A stretch of 64,000 nucleotides of DNA, from the NCBI GenBank assembly GCA_026770705.1, contig JANJGN010000242.1, positions 372,001 through 436,000 of the forward strand. Direction: 5' to 3'. The notes beneath the pieces are model-generated. The model was not told where the DNA came from. It worked only from the letters and a program-made list of their open reading frames with translations, and searched no databases. The position numbers and the translations under genes are program-made. This document shows, piece by piece, positions 1-12,480 of this stretch. Numbering within the stretch: position 1 is the stretch's first letter; each line of letters starts with the position of its first letter. Source of the DNA: Isurus oxyrinchus (Eukaryota).

Positions 1-1330
1 TAAAAGTACAATTCGAGCCCAGGTTGCTGGGTGAGGTCTATGGAGCAAAGTACTGTAATAGGCTCCAATCTGGGATGCTGTGTAAAGTTTTGGTCTCCTT
101 ACTTGAGGAAGGATCTACTTCCTTTGCTGGGAGTGCAACAAATGTTCATCAGACTGATTCCTGAGATAAAGAGATTGTCTTATAAGAAGAGATTGAGTAA
201 TCTGGGCCTATCTTCCCTAGGGTTTAGAGGAATGAGATGTAATGAGATGTAATTTCATTAGAACATCTAACACCCAGGACAGGATAGATTCCGGATGGGT
301 GTTTCCCCGGGCTGGTAGGCCTATAACTACGGCTCACAGTTTCAGAATAAGGATTCGGTCATTCGAAGTGAGAAAAAGAGACATTTCTTCAGTCAAGCTA
401 TTGTTGTGAATCTCTGACATTTTCTAGCTCAGAGAGTGGTTGCGTGTATTAAATGAAGTTTTCAATGGATTTCGGGATGCAAAAGGAATCAAGGGGACAT
501 TGCGGCGGGAGATGGGAGATGAGTCGGGATATTATTGAATGACGGACCAGGTTTGAAAGGTGACATGGGCGCCCCTTCTTCTGTTTGTTGTATTAAACTC
601 TTTGAGCTGTTACACTTATGAGGAAAAAAAATCAGGAACAATCTACATCTTTGTGGAAAGATTGGACAGGCCGGTCCTCTTGTCTCTGGAGAACAGAGGA
701 GCAAGAGCAGAAATCAGTGAAATCGTTTAAATAATGAACGGGCTCATTGGGGTGGTTGTAGAATAGCTGATTATTTGTGGGTGAGCCTAGGGCCATTAAC
801 ATAACACAGTCACTAAGAGAACAAATAATGACATTAAGAAGGACAAGTGTAAAAACAGGCAGGTCAGAATGTGAAACTACTGCCGCAGGCAGTGGTTGGA
901 GCAGATAGTACTGACACATTTATGAGGAGACTTAAAAATACAGAAGGGAGAACGAAACAGAGTGACTCAGGGAGCTGAGTGGAAATTGTCAATTAGATTT
1001 CGGGCAGATGGCGGCTGGTCCGCAGTAAGTAAACAGGCATAAATCATTTGAGCCGAATGGATTAATCCCCTTCAGGCAGATTCTGTGTAAAGTAAAATTT
1101 AGAGAGAACTCCAATTAGAGAGCCCGTCAATCTGTAAATGGGCGGAAAAATTTTTTGAAATTGTCCGAGAGCCGGAAGAGGCAGTTCCCAGTGAGTAACA
1201 GTAAAACCACTGCGGTAACTGAACAGGCTGAGGCCAATCGACTACTGCGAAACTCTGAGACAATTTCCCACGATTGCTAAATCCCCATGCAAGAAACGCA
1301 AACAGCACAAAGGAAATCTGGAAATAAAAT
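1..1330 (+). repeat. Inverted, diverged copy of the NAR-TCR J-to-supporting-V intron (includes a CR1 LINE 3' fragment)
   Basis: 1090-1260 is the reverse complement of cassette intron sequence at ~14400-14560; the CR1 peptide (GVQQMFIRLIPE) is on + here but on - in every cassette. Confidence 0.7.
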
Positions 1331-2479
1331 GAAACTAAATGTAAGTATTTCAAAATGAATGGAAATGGAGAAGTATGAAACCTATTGATATAAGAAATTA
1401 AGATTTTTTTTTTCAAACAAACACTGATTGAAAAACATTCACTCAATATTTTTCCTTCCGATTACGTTTAAAGAATCGTGGTCTCTTAGATTTAATCTGC
1501 TGCAACCAGTGTTGGTAATGATGATATACAAATGTATCCGCGGCCCCACATTGCAGACGGTGACTCGGGTGATCGGCCACATCGACCTCTCAGGATTCAT
1601 GTTTCACGAAGGTCACTGTCACTACCTGCTGAAAGGACCTTTGGTTGTGTTAAATGTGCTTAAAAATACAAGTTGTATTTGTGCTAGCTCTGAGGCAAAA
1701 CAAATTTATGTCATGCACTGTTCTGCGCTTTTTCAGGCCAGGAGCATTCAAAATCAGAAGGAAATTGGGCGATATTTAACGTGCAAAACTTGTGTATGAA
1801 GCAGGAACGCCTTGTCGGGTCTTAATTTTGTCTTTCGATGAATCAGCTGAGGATTATGTCTTTGAATGCACATTGGGGATCAGCGGCAGCTACTTAAAGG
1901 TCGATTCAACAATCGACCACGTTTGTGTGACGTACAGTCGACCAAATTAGTGTGACGTCCTCGGCTCCTGAAGTCGTTTATTGGCCCTTTTCTGCCCTTG
2001 GTGTACGTGCCTGGATTATTGAGCAGCCCCATGTCCTTGTCCCCGTCAGTTTCCAGGAGCATTTGACTGCGGTTGGTTCACTAGGTTTATTTTAACAGAA
2101 CGTGTTGTTAGAGCCGGGACAGTTTATACATAATGACGCGATTTCACAAGGTAGTGAGTGTGACCTTTAAAACAAGTCCCAGACACAGTGGGCACCCCCA
2201 TTTCACTGTCCCTCTGAGCGTGGCTTCATGTTCTAAAACTGCAACTGGAAACTCTGAATAAACCAGAACTGGAACTCACACATTGCTCACTGGAATCATC
2301 GTTTCAAATGCAAATCACAGAGGGAGGAGTGCAGCAATCATTTGTTTCAATGCTGTGGAGAGTTTATTCTTTGCGGTATTTCTGTACTTCTGCCTGAGTG
2401 TTGGCAAAGTCACTGGACTGTCTCAAATTGTAACCTGATCCTCAGTTGCTGGACTGAGGCGGGTCTCAGGCTCCTTCCA

Positions 2480-5045
2480 TTGGGTCAGACATTCAGCTGA
2501 ACAGTTCAGGGATCTTGACCCAGAGACAGTGATGGAATGGAGATATATTTACAAGTCAGGATGGTGAGTGACTTGGAGGGGAACTTCCAGGTGATGGTGG
2601 TGTTCCCATCGATCTGCTGCCCTTTCCCTTCTAGGTGTTAGTGGTCGTGCATTTGGGAAGTGCTGTCTAAGGAGCCTTGGTGAATTCCTGCAGTGCGACT
2701 TGTAGATGGTACACACTGTTGCTACCGTGTGTCGGTGGTGCAGGAAGTGAATGTTTATGGATGGAGTGTCAATCGAGCGAGCTGCTTGGTCCTGGATGGT
2801 GGCAAGCTTGATGAGTACTGTTGAAACTACACTCATCCTGGTAAGTGGAGAATATTTCATCACACTCCTGACTTATGCCTTTTAGATTGTGGACAGGATT
2901 GGGGTGTCAGGAGGTGAGCTATTCCCCACGACAATCCCGGCCTCTGAATTGCTCGTTTAGCCACAGGTATTTATATGATTAGTTTGGTTCAGTTTCTGGT
3001 GAATGGTAACCCCCCCAGAATGTTTATAGTGGGGGATTCAGCAATGGCAATTATATTAAATGTCAAAGGGCGATGATTAGATTCTCTCTTGTTGGACATA
3101 GTCATTGCCTGACACTTGTATGCTGCGAATGTTACTCCTGGATGACAAGTCCTCAGCTTTGACCAGATAAGACTGGATATTCTTCAGGTCTTGCTGCGTT
3201 TGGACATATACTACTTCAGTAACTGAGGAGTTGCGAATATTGCTGAACATTGTGCAAGCATCAGCAAGCATCCCCACTTCTGACATTATTCTGGAAGGGA
3301 GGTCATGAATAAAGCAGCTGAAGATGGTTGGGCCAATGACATAACACTGAAGAACTCCTGCAGTGATGTTCTGGAGCTGAGATGACTGACCTCCAACAAA
3401 TACAACCAATTTCCTTTGTGCTAGGTATGATTCCAATCAGCAGCGTTTTCTCACTTATTCCCATTGACCCCAGTATTGCGAGAGCATCTTGCTGCCACAC
3501 TCTGTCAAATTCGGCCTTGATGAGAAGGGCACTCACCCTCACCTCACCTCGAGAGTTCAGCTCTTTTGTCCATGTTTGAACCAACTGTAATGAGGTCAGG
3601 AGCTGAGAGGCCCTGGTGGAACCCAAGCTGAGCGTCAGTGAGCAGATTATTGATAAGCAAGTGCTGCTTAATAGCACTGTTGATGACCCCTTCCATTGCT
3701 TTAACGAGGATCAAAAGTAGGCTGATGGGGAGGTATTGGGCCGGGTTGGATGATTCCTACTTGGAGATTTTCCACATAGCCGGGTAGATGCCAGTGTTGT
3801 AGCTTTACTGGAATAGCTTGGCCAGGGGCAAGGTAAGCCCTGGGGTCTGCAGTAATGTTGCCAAATATGTCAGGAACCATAGCCTTTGCAATATCCAGTG
3901 CCTTCAGCCGTTTCTTGATGTCAAGTGGAGTGAATGGAATTGGCTGAAGACTGGCACGTATAATGCTGGGGATCTCAGAGGAGGCTGAGATGGATCATCC
4001 ACTCGGCATTTCTGGCTGAAGGTCGGACCAACTGGTTCAGACTTACCTTTTACACTGATGTGCTGGCCTCCCCCATCATTGAGGATGGGGATATGTCAGT
4101 GGATTCCTGTTCCAGTGAGTAGTTTAATTGTCCACCACCATGCATGGCTGGATGTGGCAGAACTGCAAATCTTAGATCTGATCCGGTGGTTTTGGAATCT
4201 CTTATCTCTGCCTATCACTTGCTGCTTATGCTGCTTGGCACGCAAATGGTTCTGTGTTATAGCTTCACCAGGTTGACACTTCATTTTTAGGTATACCTGG
4301 TGCTGCTCCTGGCATGCCCTCCTGCTCTGTTCATTGAATCATGATTGATCCCCTGCCTTGATGATAATGGTGGAGCAGAAGATATGTCGGGCCGTGAGGT
4401 TACAGATTGTGCTGGGTATAATTTTGCTACTAATGGCCCATAGCGCCACATGGATGACCAGTCTTGAGTTGCTAGATATGTTCAAAAACTATCCAGTTTA
4501 GTACAATAGTATTGCCACATAGCACGATGGAGGGTATCCTCTATGTGAATGTCGGACTTCGTCACCACAAGGACTGTGCAATGGGCACTCTTACCAATAC
4601 TGTGATTTCAGATGGATCTGCGGAAGGCAGGGTGGTGAGGATGACGTTATGTATGTTTTCCCATCACCACCTGCCGCAGACCCAGTCAAGCATCTACGCC
4701 CTTTAGGACTCGGCCAGCTTGGTCGGTAGTGGTGCCATCCAAGCCACTCTTGGTGATGGACATGGAAGTCCCCCACCCGGAGTACCTTCTGTGGCCGGGC
4801 CACGCTCAAATGGTGTGCAACATGGAGGAATACCGATTCATCAGCTGAGGGAGGGTAACCAGCAGGAGGTTTCCTTGCCCGTCTTTGACCTGATGCCATG
4901 AGGCTTCACAGGGTCTGTTGTCGATGTTGTGGACTCCCAGGGAACTCCTCCCAACTTTATAACTCTGTGCCGCCACCTCTGCCGTGTCTGTCCTCCGGTG
5001 GGGCAGGACATACCCAGGGATGGTGATGTCTAGGACATTGGCAGA
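2480..5045 (-). mobile_element. Degenerate non-LTR retrotransposon ORF2 (CR1/L2 group; APE endonuclease + RT), frameshifted
   Basis: Fragments IPGYVL, VGDFHVHHQEWLG (endonuclease) and KAEFDRVWQ, ESYLAQRK, AGVLQ..IGPTIFSCFIHDLP, MLADAC (RT) spread over several frames. Confidence 0.9.
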
Positions 5046-5623
5046 TAAGGACAAGAGATTTCCTTTTCCTTAATGAAATTGGGAAAACCAGATATACGAC
5101 ACTCGGCAATCATTAGATTATTTTAAATTCCAGATTTTTATTGCATTCAAATTTAACCATCTGACGAGGTCCCCAAATCTTTATCCTGTGTCTCTAAATT
5201 ACGAGTCGAGTGACATTATTACTACGCCACCACCCCCCTTTCCATCATGACTTTCCTTAGCTAGTCTACATCTGTGCAGGTGACAGTTAATTTTTCCCTA
5301 AATATCGTTTCTAAAAGCTATCCTGATTCTCACCCTAAAATCGTTCTGCCCCATGGCACCACTCTGCTCTGTTAGGAGGACTGAGTGATTATGGCCAATG
5401 CCCCCGCAATTTTCAAGCTCACTTCCTATGTCCTTGGATGAATCTCATCAACTGGACGCATTAACTTTACCTGCAGTATAATTTCCCGAAACATATATCA
5501 TCCTTGGAGTTAAGTTTATTTCGCGCCATTTTCCGTGGGTGCAAATATTTGAAGGGATTTAACGTATGTGTGTTTGTGGGTGGGGTGTGGGGGCCGGAGT
5601 GGGCGCTTGTGGTGGCGATGGAC

Positions 5624-6517
5624 GGGGACAGATTTTCACCAATACTTCAGGCACCAAACGGTAAAATTTGAGCCAAGGTTGGATCTGCAGATGCATCTCC
5701 CGTTTTGATAAAGAAGTTGAAGTCTGAGCTGGGAACCGCTGTGAAGGCTGTGAACATGTCTGCTGGCTCTCCTTAAGGAGGCTTCACATCAGTTGGCGCA
5801 AAACTTTCAATTAAAGCACAGTCCAAAGAGAGTGCACGTGATTGGGAGAAAACACGATCTTCGTGTTAATTTCAAGCCCGTTGAGTTTAAAAGACCGCTC
5901 ACCACTGACAGGGAGTCATCGTTTCATGTCCATTGTTGCTGCACCTGTGAAGTGGACCCACATAGTGAAGCTCCCTGAGACACCTTGTCAGGGCATAAGC
6001 AACTCTTGAATAATGTTTATTCTGGACGTTTTCTGGGGGATTTGCCTAAAAAGATTAATCTCTGCTACTTAATCTCATTGGACATTTTACAGGAGTTGGC
6101 AGGTAAATGAGATAACCTAGTAAAAATCATCTTATTAGCCCTCCCTTGATCTGAATGAGGAATGGGAGAAAGTAATGAGACCAGACATCAGCTCTAACTG
6201 CTCCGGAGAGACACTGGAGGACACGGGCAGTGACGTGACATCCGGCCCCCAGGCATGCTCTAATTATGATAATCAAAAATGAGGCCCTAAACTGAGCTAA
6301 AGCCAGACTCTCAAATAGTTTTGTTTTTATCTCAAATAGTTGCGTCTTGCTCGCCCAGCACCTTTTCACGCCTATTTACACCCCTTAGTCCCAATGACTA
6401 CCACACTTATGCACAGGCTATCTCACGCTGTGCTGAGTTGGACGCCCGAGTGCAGAGCAGCCTGTGTCACAGAGAGAGGCCTCTCCCAGCCGTAGTGAAT
6501 TGTTAGAAAATCTACCC
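5624..6517. mobile_element. Possible non-autonomous DNA transposon/MITE
   Basis: Imperfect terminal inverted repeats GGGACAGATTTTC ... GAAAATCTACCC; no coding capacity. Weak. Confidence 0.25.
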
Positions 6518-6649
6518 TCAGCCCGAAGCAAACCTCTTTCCGGCCGGAGGTTGTCCTGAGTCTTCCTCCCACCAGACTGTGGGTGCCTTGTTGAGCGGAG
6601 AGAATCTCTCAGTCAATTGTAGGCGGAATCTGGGAAATCACGGAAGGTA

Positions 6650-7490
6650 AAAGCAAAAAACTGCGGATGCTAGAAATCCAAAACAAAAACAAAAAATACC
6701 TGGAAAAACTCAGCAGGTCTGGCAGCACCTGTGGAGAGGAACACAGTTAACGTTTCGAGCCCGAATGACCCGTCAACAGAACTCAGTAAAAATAGAAAAG
6801 GGGTGAAATATAAGTTGGTTTGTGAGGGGGGTGCGGGGGGGGGGGGGCAGGGTAGGGGGAGGGTGGTGCGAGGGGGGCGGTGATGGGACAAGAAGAGCTG
6901 GATAGAGGGCCAGTGATGGGTGGAGATAACTAAAAGATGTCACAGAGAAAAGGACAAAGAGGTGTTGCATGTGGTGATATTATCATTGGAATGTGCTAAT
7001 TCACGGTGGAAAGCTGGACAAGTGGGAATGGGGTGGGAGGAAGGGATCGAAATACGCTTAAATGTAGAGGTAAAACAATGGATGGAAATACACTTAAAAC
7101 TAATCGAAGTAGGTGGGAAAAGAAACATCTATATAAATTATTGGAAAAATCAAAAAGGAGGGGCAAAACTGAAACGGAGTTGGGGATGGAGGAGAGAGTT
7201 CATGATCTAAAGTTGTTGAACTCAATATTCAGTCCGGAAGGCTGTGAAGTGCCTAGTCGGAAGATGAGGTGCTGCTCTTCCAGTTTGCGTTGGGCTTCAC
7301 TGGAACAATGCAGCAAGCCAAGGACGGACATGTGGGCAAGAGAGCAGGTTGGAGTGTTGAAATGGCAAAGCGGTCACCCAGTCTGCGTTTGGTCTCTCCA
7401 ACGTAGAGGAAACCGCATTTGGAGCAATGAATGCAGTAGACTAAGTTGAGGGAAGTGCAAGTGAAATGCTGCTTCACTTGAAAGGCGCGT
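6650..7490 (-). mobile_element. Penelope-like retroelement 3' fragment (GIY-YIG endonuclease)
   Basis: FQVKQHFTCTSLNLVYCIHCSKCGFLYVGETKRRLGDRFA in ORF 7253-7627 is a typical Penelope GIY-YIG motif. Confidence 0.85.
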
Positions 7491-7845
7491 TCGTGGTAGC
7501 TTCTTATCAACTTAATTGGGAAAAGACAAATTGAACCAATTCGGAGAGAGAAAAAAAATCTTTCAGTCTGTGTGGAAACAGGCAGCAATAAACTTGCACT
7601 TTGGTGAATAATGAATCGGCAAAGCACGCATTTATGCTGTCAAGTAAAGGAGATGAGAATGTGAAATAATTTGATCAATTATGTTTCCAGGCGAATTGCA
7701 CAGCAAGGGAAAATTAAAGGGTGTGAGGAGCGAGAAGGAAATGTAGCCCTGATCAGTTTAATCTTTTTCATCTGTGCGGGGAAAATGCTAAGAAGCATTG
7801 AGAAATCACAAGTGAATAATGGATGCATTCCCAATATCCCTGTAT

Positions 7846-8224
7846 CACTGTGCGTCTGTAATCCCACCATGTTCAGGTTTTTGTACTGGTCTCTCCGTGC
7901 TCTGTATCACTGAGTGTCTGTAATCCCACTATGTTCAGGTTTTTGTATAGCTCTCCTCATGCACTGTATCACTGTGTGTCTGTAATCCCACCATGATCAA
8001 GTATTTGTACAGCTCTTTCCATGCTCTGTATCACTGTGTGTCTGTAATCCCACCATGTTCAGGTTTTTGTACAGCTCTCTCCGTGCTCTGTATCACTGTC
8101 TGTCTGTAATCCCACCATGATCAGGTATTTGTACAGCTCTTTCCATGCTCTCTATCACCGTGTGTCTGTAATCCCATCATGATCAGGTATTTGTACAACT
8201 CTTTCCATGCTCTGTATCACTGTG
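7846..8224 (-). repeat. 62-bp tandem array of 23-spacer recombination signal sequences (6 full units + 1 extra heptamer)
   Basis: Heptamers start at 7846, 7908, 7970, 8032, 8094, 8156, 8218; nonamers (GGTTTTTGT/GGTATTTGT on +) at 7876, 7938, 8000, 8062, 8124, 8186; each spacer is 23 bp and matches the supporting-Vdelta RSS spacer. Confidence 0.93.
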
Positions 8225-8252
8225 CACAATGTTACAAGTCAGTATAAAATCC
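8186..8252. other. V(D)J signal joint (23-RSS fused head-to-head with a 12-RSS)
   Basis: GGTATTTGT-23-CACTGTG|CACAATG-12-ATAAAATCC with no bases gained or lost; GTGCAC at 8222-8227. The right half matches the D 5' RSS (cf. 16930-16957). Confidence 0.9.
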
Positions 8253-8616
8253 CCCGGGTACTTGGTGAGATGTGGGGATATTACTTAAGCAACGGGGTCT
8301 GACATGCCCGGATCCAAATGTCAGACCAGGATCACATCTGGTGTTAGGGGTTTGTAACTGGGCTCAGTAATTCCCAATCCCCATTCACTGACACCAATCT
8401 CGGGAAAGACATCACAATCCGTAAACACTCGGCATTTATAAAACTCAAGATGTTAACGCCAATAACACAATCTCATTATAAACTAGACTGTGGGGCAGAC
8501 GGTTTGAGGCGGAACAGTGAGGGTTTAACTGCGAATTTAACTCCGCTTTTTCATTTGTTTCTGCGATAATCTGCAGTGAGTTTTTGTATCGCGGGAAGCC
8601 GAGACCCATCACTGTG

Positions 8617-9085
8617 CTGCTCCAGTACTGAGCTTTACAGAAATAGGTGGCGGTGTCTTCAACTCTCAATTCCTGAATTTCCAGCGAAAATGTCTTTTCT
8701 GCTTCATTCACCGACAAAACTACTCTCCTTCCGCTGGACATCCGGTCCTGCTTTCTCCCGGTCTGGGTTCGTCTGAAGAAATCCCCGCCCGTCAAAGGAC
8801 GAGCGAAAAAATCACAATATAAAACACAGGAGATGGTGAGAGACTGATAGTGCTTCCTGGTCACTGCCGCCGGGGTCTGTGTCACTGACTAACTGAAAAA
8901 GCCTGGAAATTAAACAGAGAGAGTTTAATGGACCATCAGAGCCGAACGACAGAACGGGGTTAAAACCCCAGAGAATGTCTGTAATTGGGATGGATTCGGG
9001 CACCTTTATATTAAATCCACATAATGTTTCATCGGTACTCACGGGGTAAACAGACACACAGGGTGAAAACAAGGAGGATTCCCAT
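8617..9085 (-). pseudogene. NAR-TCR V segment 1 (leader 9043-9085, V exon 8617-8902), pseudogene
   Basis: Leader MGILLVFTLCVCLP with GT donor; in-frame TAG near the start of the V exon; RSS CACAGTG-22-ACAAAAACT at 8579-8616; FR1 Cys lost (RKHYQ). Confidence 0.88.
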
Positions 9086-10964
9086 CGTTCTGCTGCCGGA
9101 AGCTGAGGGTTTATATGACGGGGAGCTGGGGACTGCAGCCTTGGACTGCACTCGGAGGCCGGGTCTCAGAGCTGCACTAAAATATTTATGGGGGTTCGAG
9201 TTGATTTGCACTGTGCAGTTCCGCTGAGATCATTGATGGGCCGAACCGTTCCCGGGTCGCTGGCTTAGTGTTGTGTGAATAAGAGACAGGTTTATAAAAG
9301 GAGGCTGCAATATTCTGATTCTACATTTGGATTGTGATCCGGATGTGAAAGTCCCTCCCACAATACTCTGGTGTACAGGAGTGGGGGAGGGGAGCTTTTC
9401 TTTCTGACAGTTGTGCTGCCGCCTTCATTTCCCCGCAGTAATGAACTGGGAGGTCTGTGCATGTGTTTGTAATGGGTGATGTTTGTTAAAGGTAGAATGT
9501 GGTCCCAGGACACTAGGAGAATCGCCCCGCCCCGCTGTTATTCCAACATTCCGGACATTGTTTAACATCGCCCTGAACGGGCTGGCGTGACCTCAGATAA
9601 ACTTCTGACCTGAAGGTCGGCGCCTCAGACGGGGCATCTTCCCTGGACCAGCAACTGGGGACAGGTTATAATATGAAGTAGCCCAGTGACATTAACAATA
9701 TCCAGGCAGATATGCACAACATGCATGTAAACCAGTCATGGCTGGTTAGTTCAGTTCGCTGGATTGCGTGCTTGTGGTTTGGGAAAATACGACAGCACTG
9801 GTTCTATTCGCGTTCTGTCTGAGGTAGGCTTGTGGCATGCCTGCTCCTGCGGGTGGAAGGCAATGGTAAAGCATCACAAGCAAAGCCCTCAAGAAAACAG
9901 CTCAGGATGAAACAACTGCAGAAAATCGGCCATCTGCGGAGCACAAATAACAAACTCCCCTCGTCATTTTACCAAATGCATGCCACACCTGCCCTGCGGC
10001 GGGTTACAGGTAAAATGATGTTTCATGTCACCCATGTTTGATTTCCAGTTTGGGGACATTCAGAATTTCCGTTTGTACCGACACAGGTTGAAACGACGCT
10101 CGGAAAGCCAATGGACTTTGGGGAACCACTGTGCTTGGAGCTTGCTTTAAAGTGAACAGTCACCACGTTCTGTTCTGAAAAATGGGTTCTTTATATTCGT
10201 TTACGCAATGTGGGCTTCGCTGATAGGGCCAGTATTTATTGCCCATCCCTAGTTGCCCTTGAGAAAGTGCTGATGAGCTGCCTTCTTGAACCACAGCAGT
10301 CCCTGCCGTGTAAGAGCACCCACAATGCTGTTCGGTAGGGAGTTCCAGGATTTTGTCCCAGTGACAGCAGAGGAACGGCGACATATTTCCAACTCACGAT
10401 GCTGAGCGACTTGGAGGGGATAAGAATGATCTCTTTCCCAGCAACAACAACACTCGCCCAAATAAGCCTTGTGACAAGGCCGAGGTCAAATACTTCACAA
10501 ACCTGACGTCGGTGTTAGGGAAAATGCTGCGCAGCATTGCGGGCAGGGGCTGAAAGCCCATTAAAGGGCGAAAGGGACTTTGAAACAGCTGCACATCACA
10601 CAAATAAAGCTCACCGCACGCCACATAGACATGGCCCATGATTTGGCCTACAGTGGTTAAAATCACAATTTTTTCTGCATGTCCGGCCAATTGGTGACAG
10701 TCTTTTTTAATGTAATTAAAAAGCGGGTTTGAGCCTACTACAGAGTGTAAAGCACTGTTTAAAATAAACATGTGCATGTGTAGTGCAGTATAAACGTTTT
10801 TAATATAAATAGGGATATGGTCTGAACAGCATTAACTAAGAAAGGGCCTAGTGTAATATAAATAAATAGAGTCTAATTCAGTAATCACTGAGGCGAGGCC
10901 TGGAGTAAAACAGCTAGAAATGGCGTCTTGAACCAGGTTTAGAGCAGCCGGAACAAAGACAGGA

Positions 10965-11215
10965 CCTAATGAAATCTAAATAGAGTCAAGAGTAGTGTTT
11001 GAAGTTCCTCCTTCCGGTACACCTCTTGATTTTCAAGTGTCTTTGGAAAGTTCTCTAAGTGTTCCACAGTGAAGACAGACACAAGATACCTGCAGAACGC
11101 CTCTGCGATTTCCTTGCCTTCTATTATCAATTCCCGAAGTACACTACGGAGAAGACTAACACGAGCTTTAATCACTATTTAATTCTTTAAATATCTGTAG
11201 GAACTCTTACTCCCT
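10965..11215 (-). mobile_element. CR1 LINE ORF2 fragment (copies near 39830-40080 and 60680-60940)
   Basis: ELIIEGKEIAEAFCRYLVSVFTVE resembles the CR1 inter-domain motif. Confidence 0.6.
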
Positions 11216-11757
11216 GATTTTTGAAATATTCTGCCTTTGTCATTCAGGAAGAAATGGCGAAGATTCAGGTTCGGAACATCTGTCAGAACGAAGAGGTTGT
11301 GAATTGCCCTGGATATCACTGCACTGTGGTTACTCTCCAACCTGCGTCAATTCTGTTTTACCACCTCCAATAGCGCTTGGACGCTCTGAGATGTTCACTG
11401 AGTATTGGAGCTCGGTGATAGGGTACATGTTTTCTCATGTCCCAGTCATGGCGTCTGCTGTAGTACACGCAGAAAGCGAAACGGTTCCCTTAGTATTGAT
11501 GGAGCCCGTTAGTTCGACATCGCCCTTTGCTGCTGTGCCGGACACTGCCAGTATCACTCACACACACACACATTTGGCAATCTATGCTCTGCTAGAAACA
11601 GTCGTAATCAACACACACACAAACACACACACACACACACACACTCACACACAAACACGCACACCTTTAGCAATCTACTTTCTGCTGGACGCTGCTGGTA
11701 TCTTTCTCTCTCTTTTTCTCTCTCATACAAACACACACGCACACACACACACACACA

Positions 11758-12480
11758 TTCGGAGTAATCCAGAGATTACAACCCGAGAGGTCTTGCCTCT
11801 TAGTCTACTGCCTAACTCCCTGAATTCTTGATGCAAAACATCGTCGTCCTTTCTACCAATGTCATTGGTACCAACATGTACCATCACCTCTGTCTTATCC
11901 CCTTTCAGGATGCCTTGCAGCCGTTCAGTGACATCCCGGACCCTGGCACCAGGGAGGCAACACACCATCCTAGAGACACGTTGACAGCTACAGTAGCGCC
12001 TATCTGTTCCCCTGACTACAGAATTCCCTATTACTATTGTTCTTCCTCTCTTTCTCCCGTCCTGTACCTACAAGCTGCTTGTGGTGCCAGAAACTTGGCT
12101 CTGTTTGCACTCCCTGGAGGAACCAGCGCCCCCATCAGCCTCCAAAATGGAATATCAATTTGCGAGCGGGACGCCAAGGGGCTCCTCAACTACCTGCCTG
12201 TTTCTCTTGGATTACCTGGGACTACCCATTCCCTTCCTTTCTCAAGTCCCTTCAGCTGCAGTGTGACCAGCTCTGTAAAAGTGCTATGCATGATGCTCTC
12301 AGACTCACGGATGCTCTACAGTGTCCCCATACGCTGTTTCAGCTCTGAAACTCGAGATTCCATTTGGAAACAATTCCTCCACACACGCTGTTTCTGGGCA
12401 CTGGAAATGTTCCCGGCTTCCTACATGGAGAACGAGGAGCACATCACGGCTTTGAGCTCTCTTGCCATCTTATATTCCTT
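11758..12480 (-). mobile_element. CR1 LINE ORF1 fragment (SGNH esterase)
   Basis: VCCLPGARVRDV, VMVHVGTNDI, RVVISGLL motifs. Confidence 0.85.

Noticed and set aside
1400-2480. Expected + strand supporting V after the inverted intron; CACAGTG at ~2184
   Set aside because: No V-domain motifs found and no nonamer at the right spacing.
7846-8224. CRISPR-like array
   Set aside because: No unique spacers, no cas genes, vertebrate context; the unit is an RSS.
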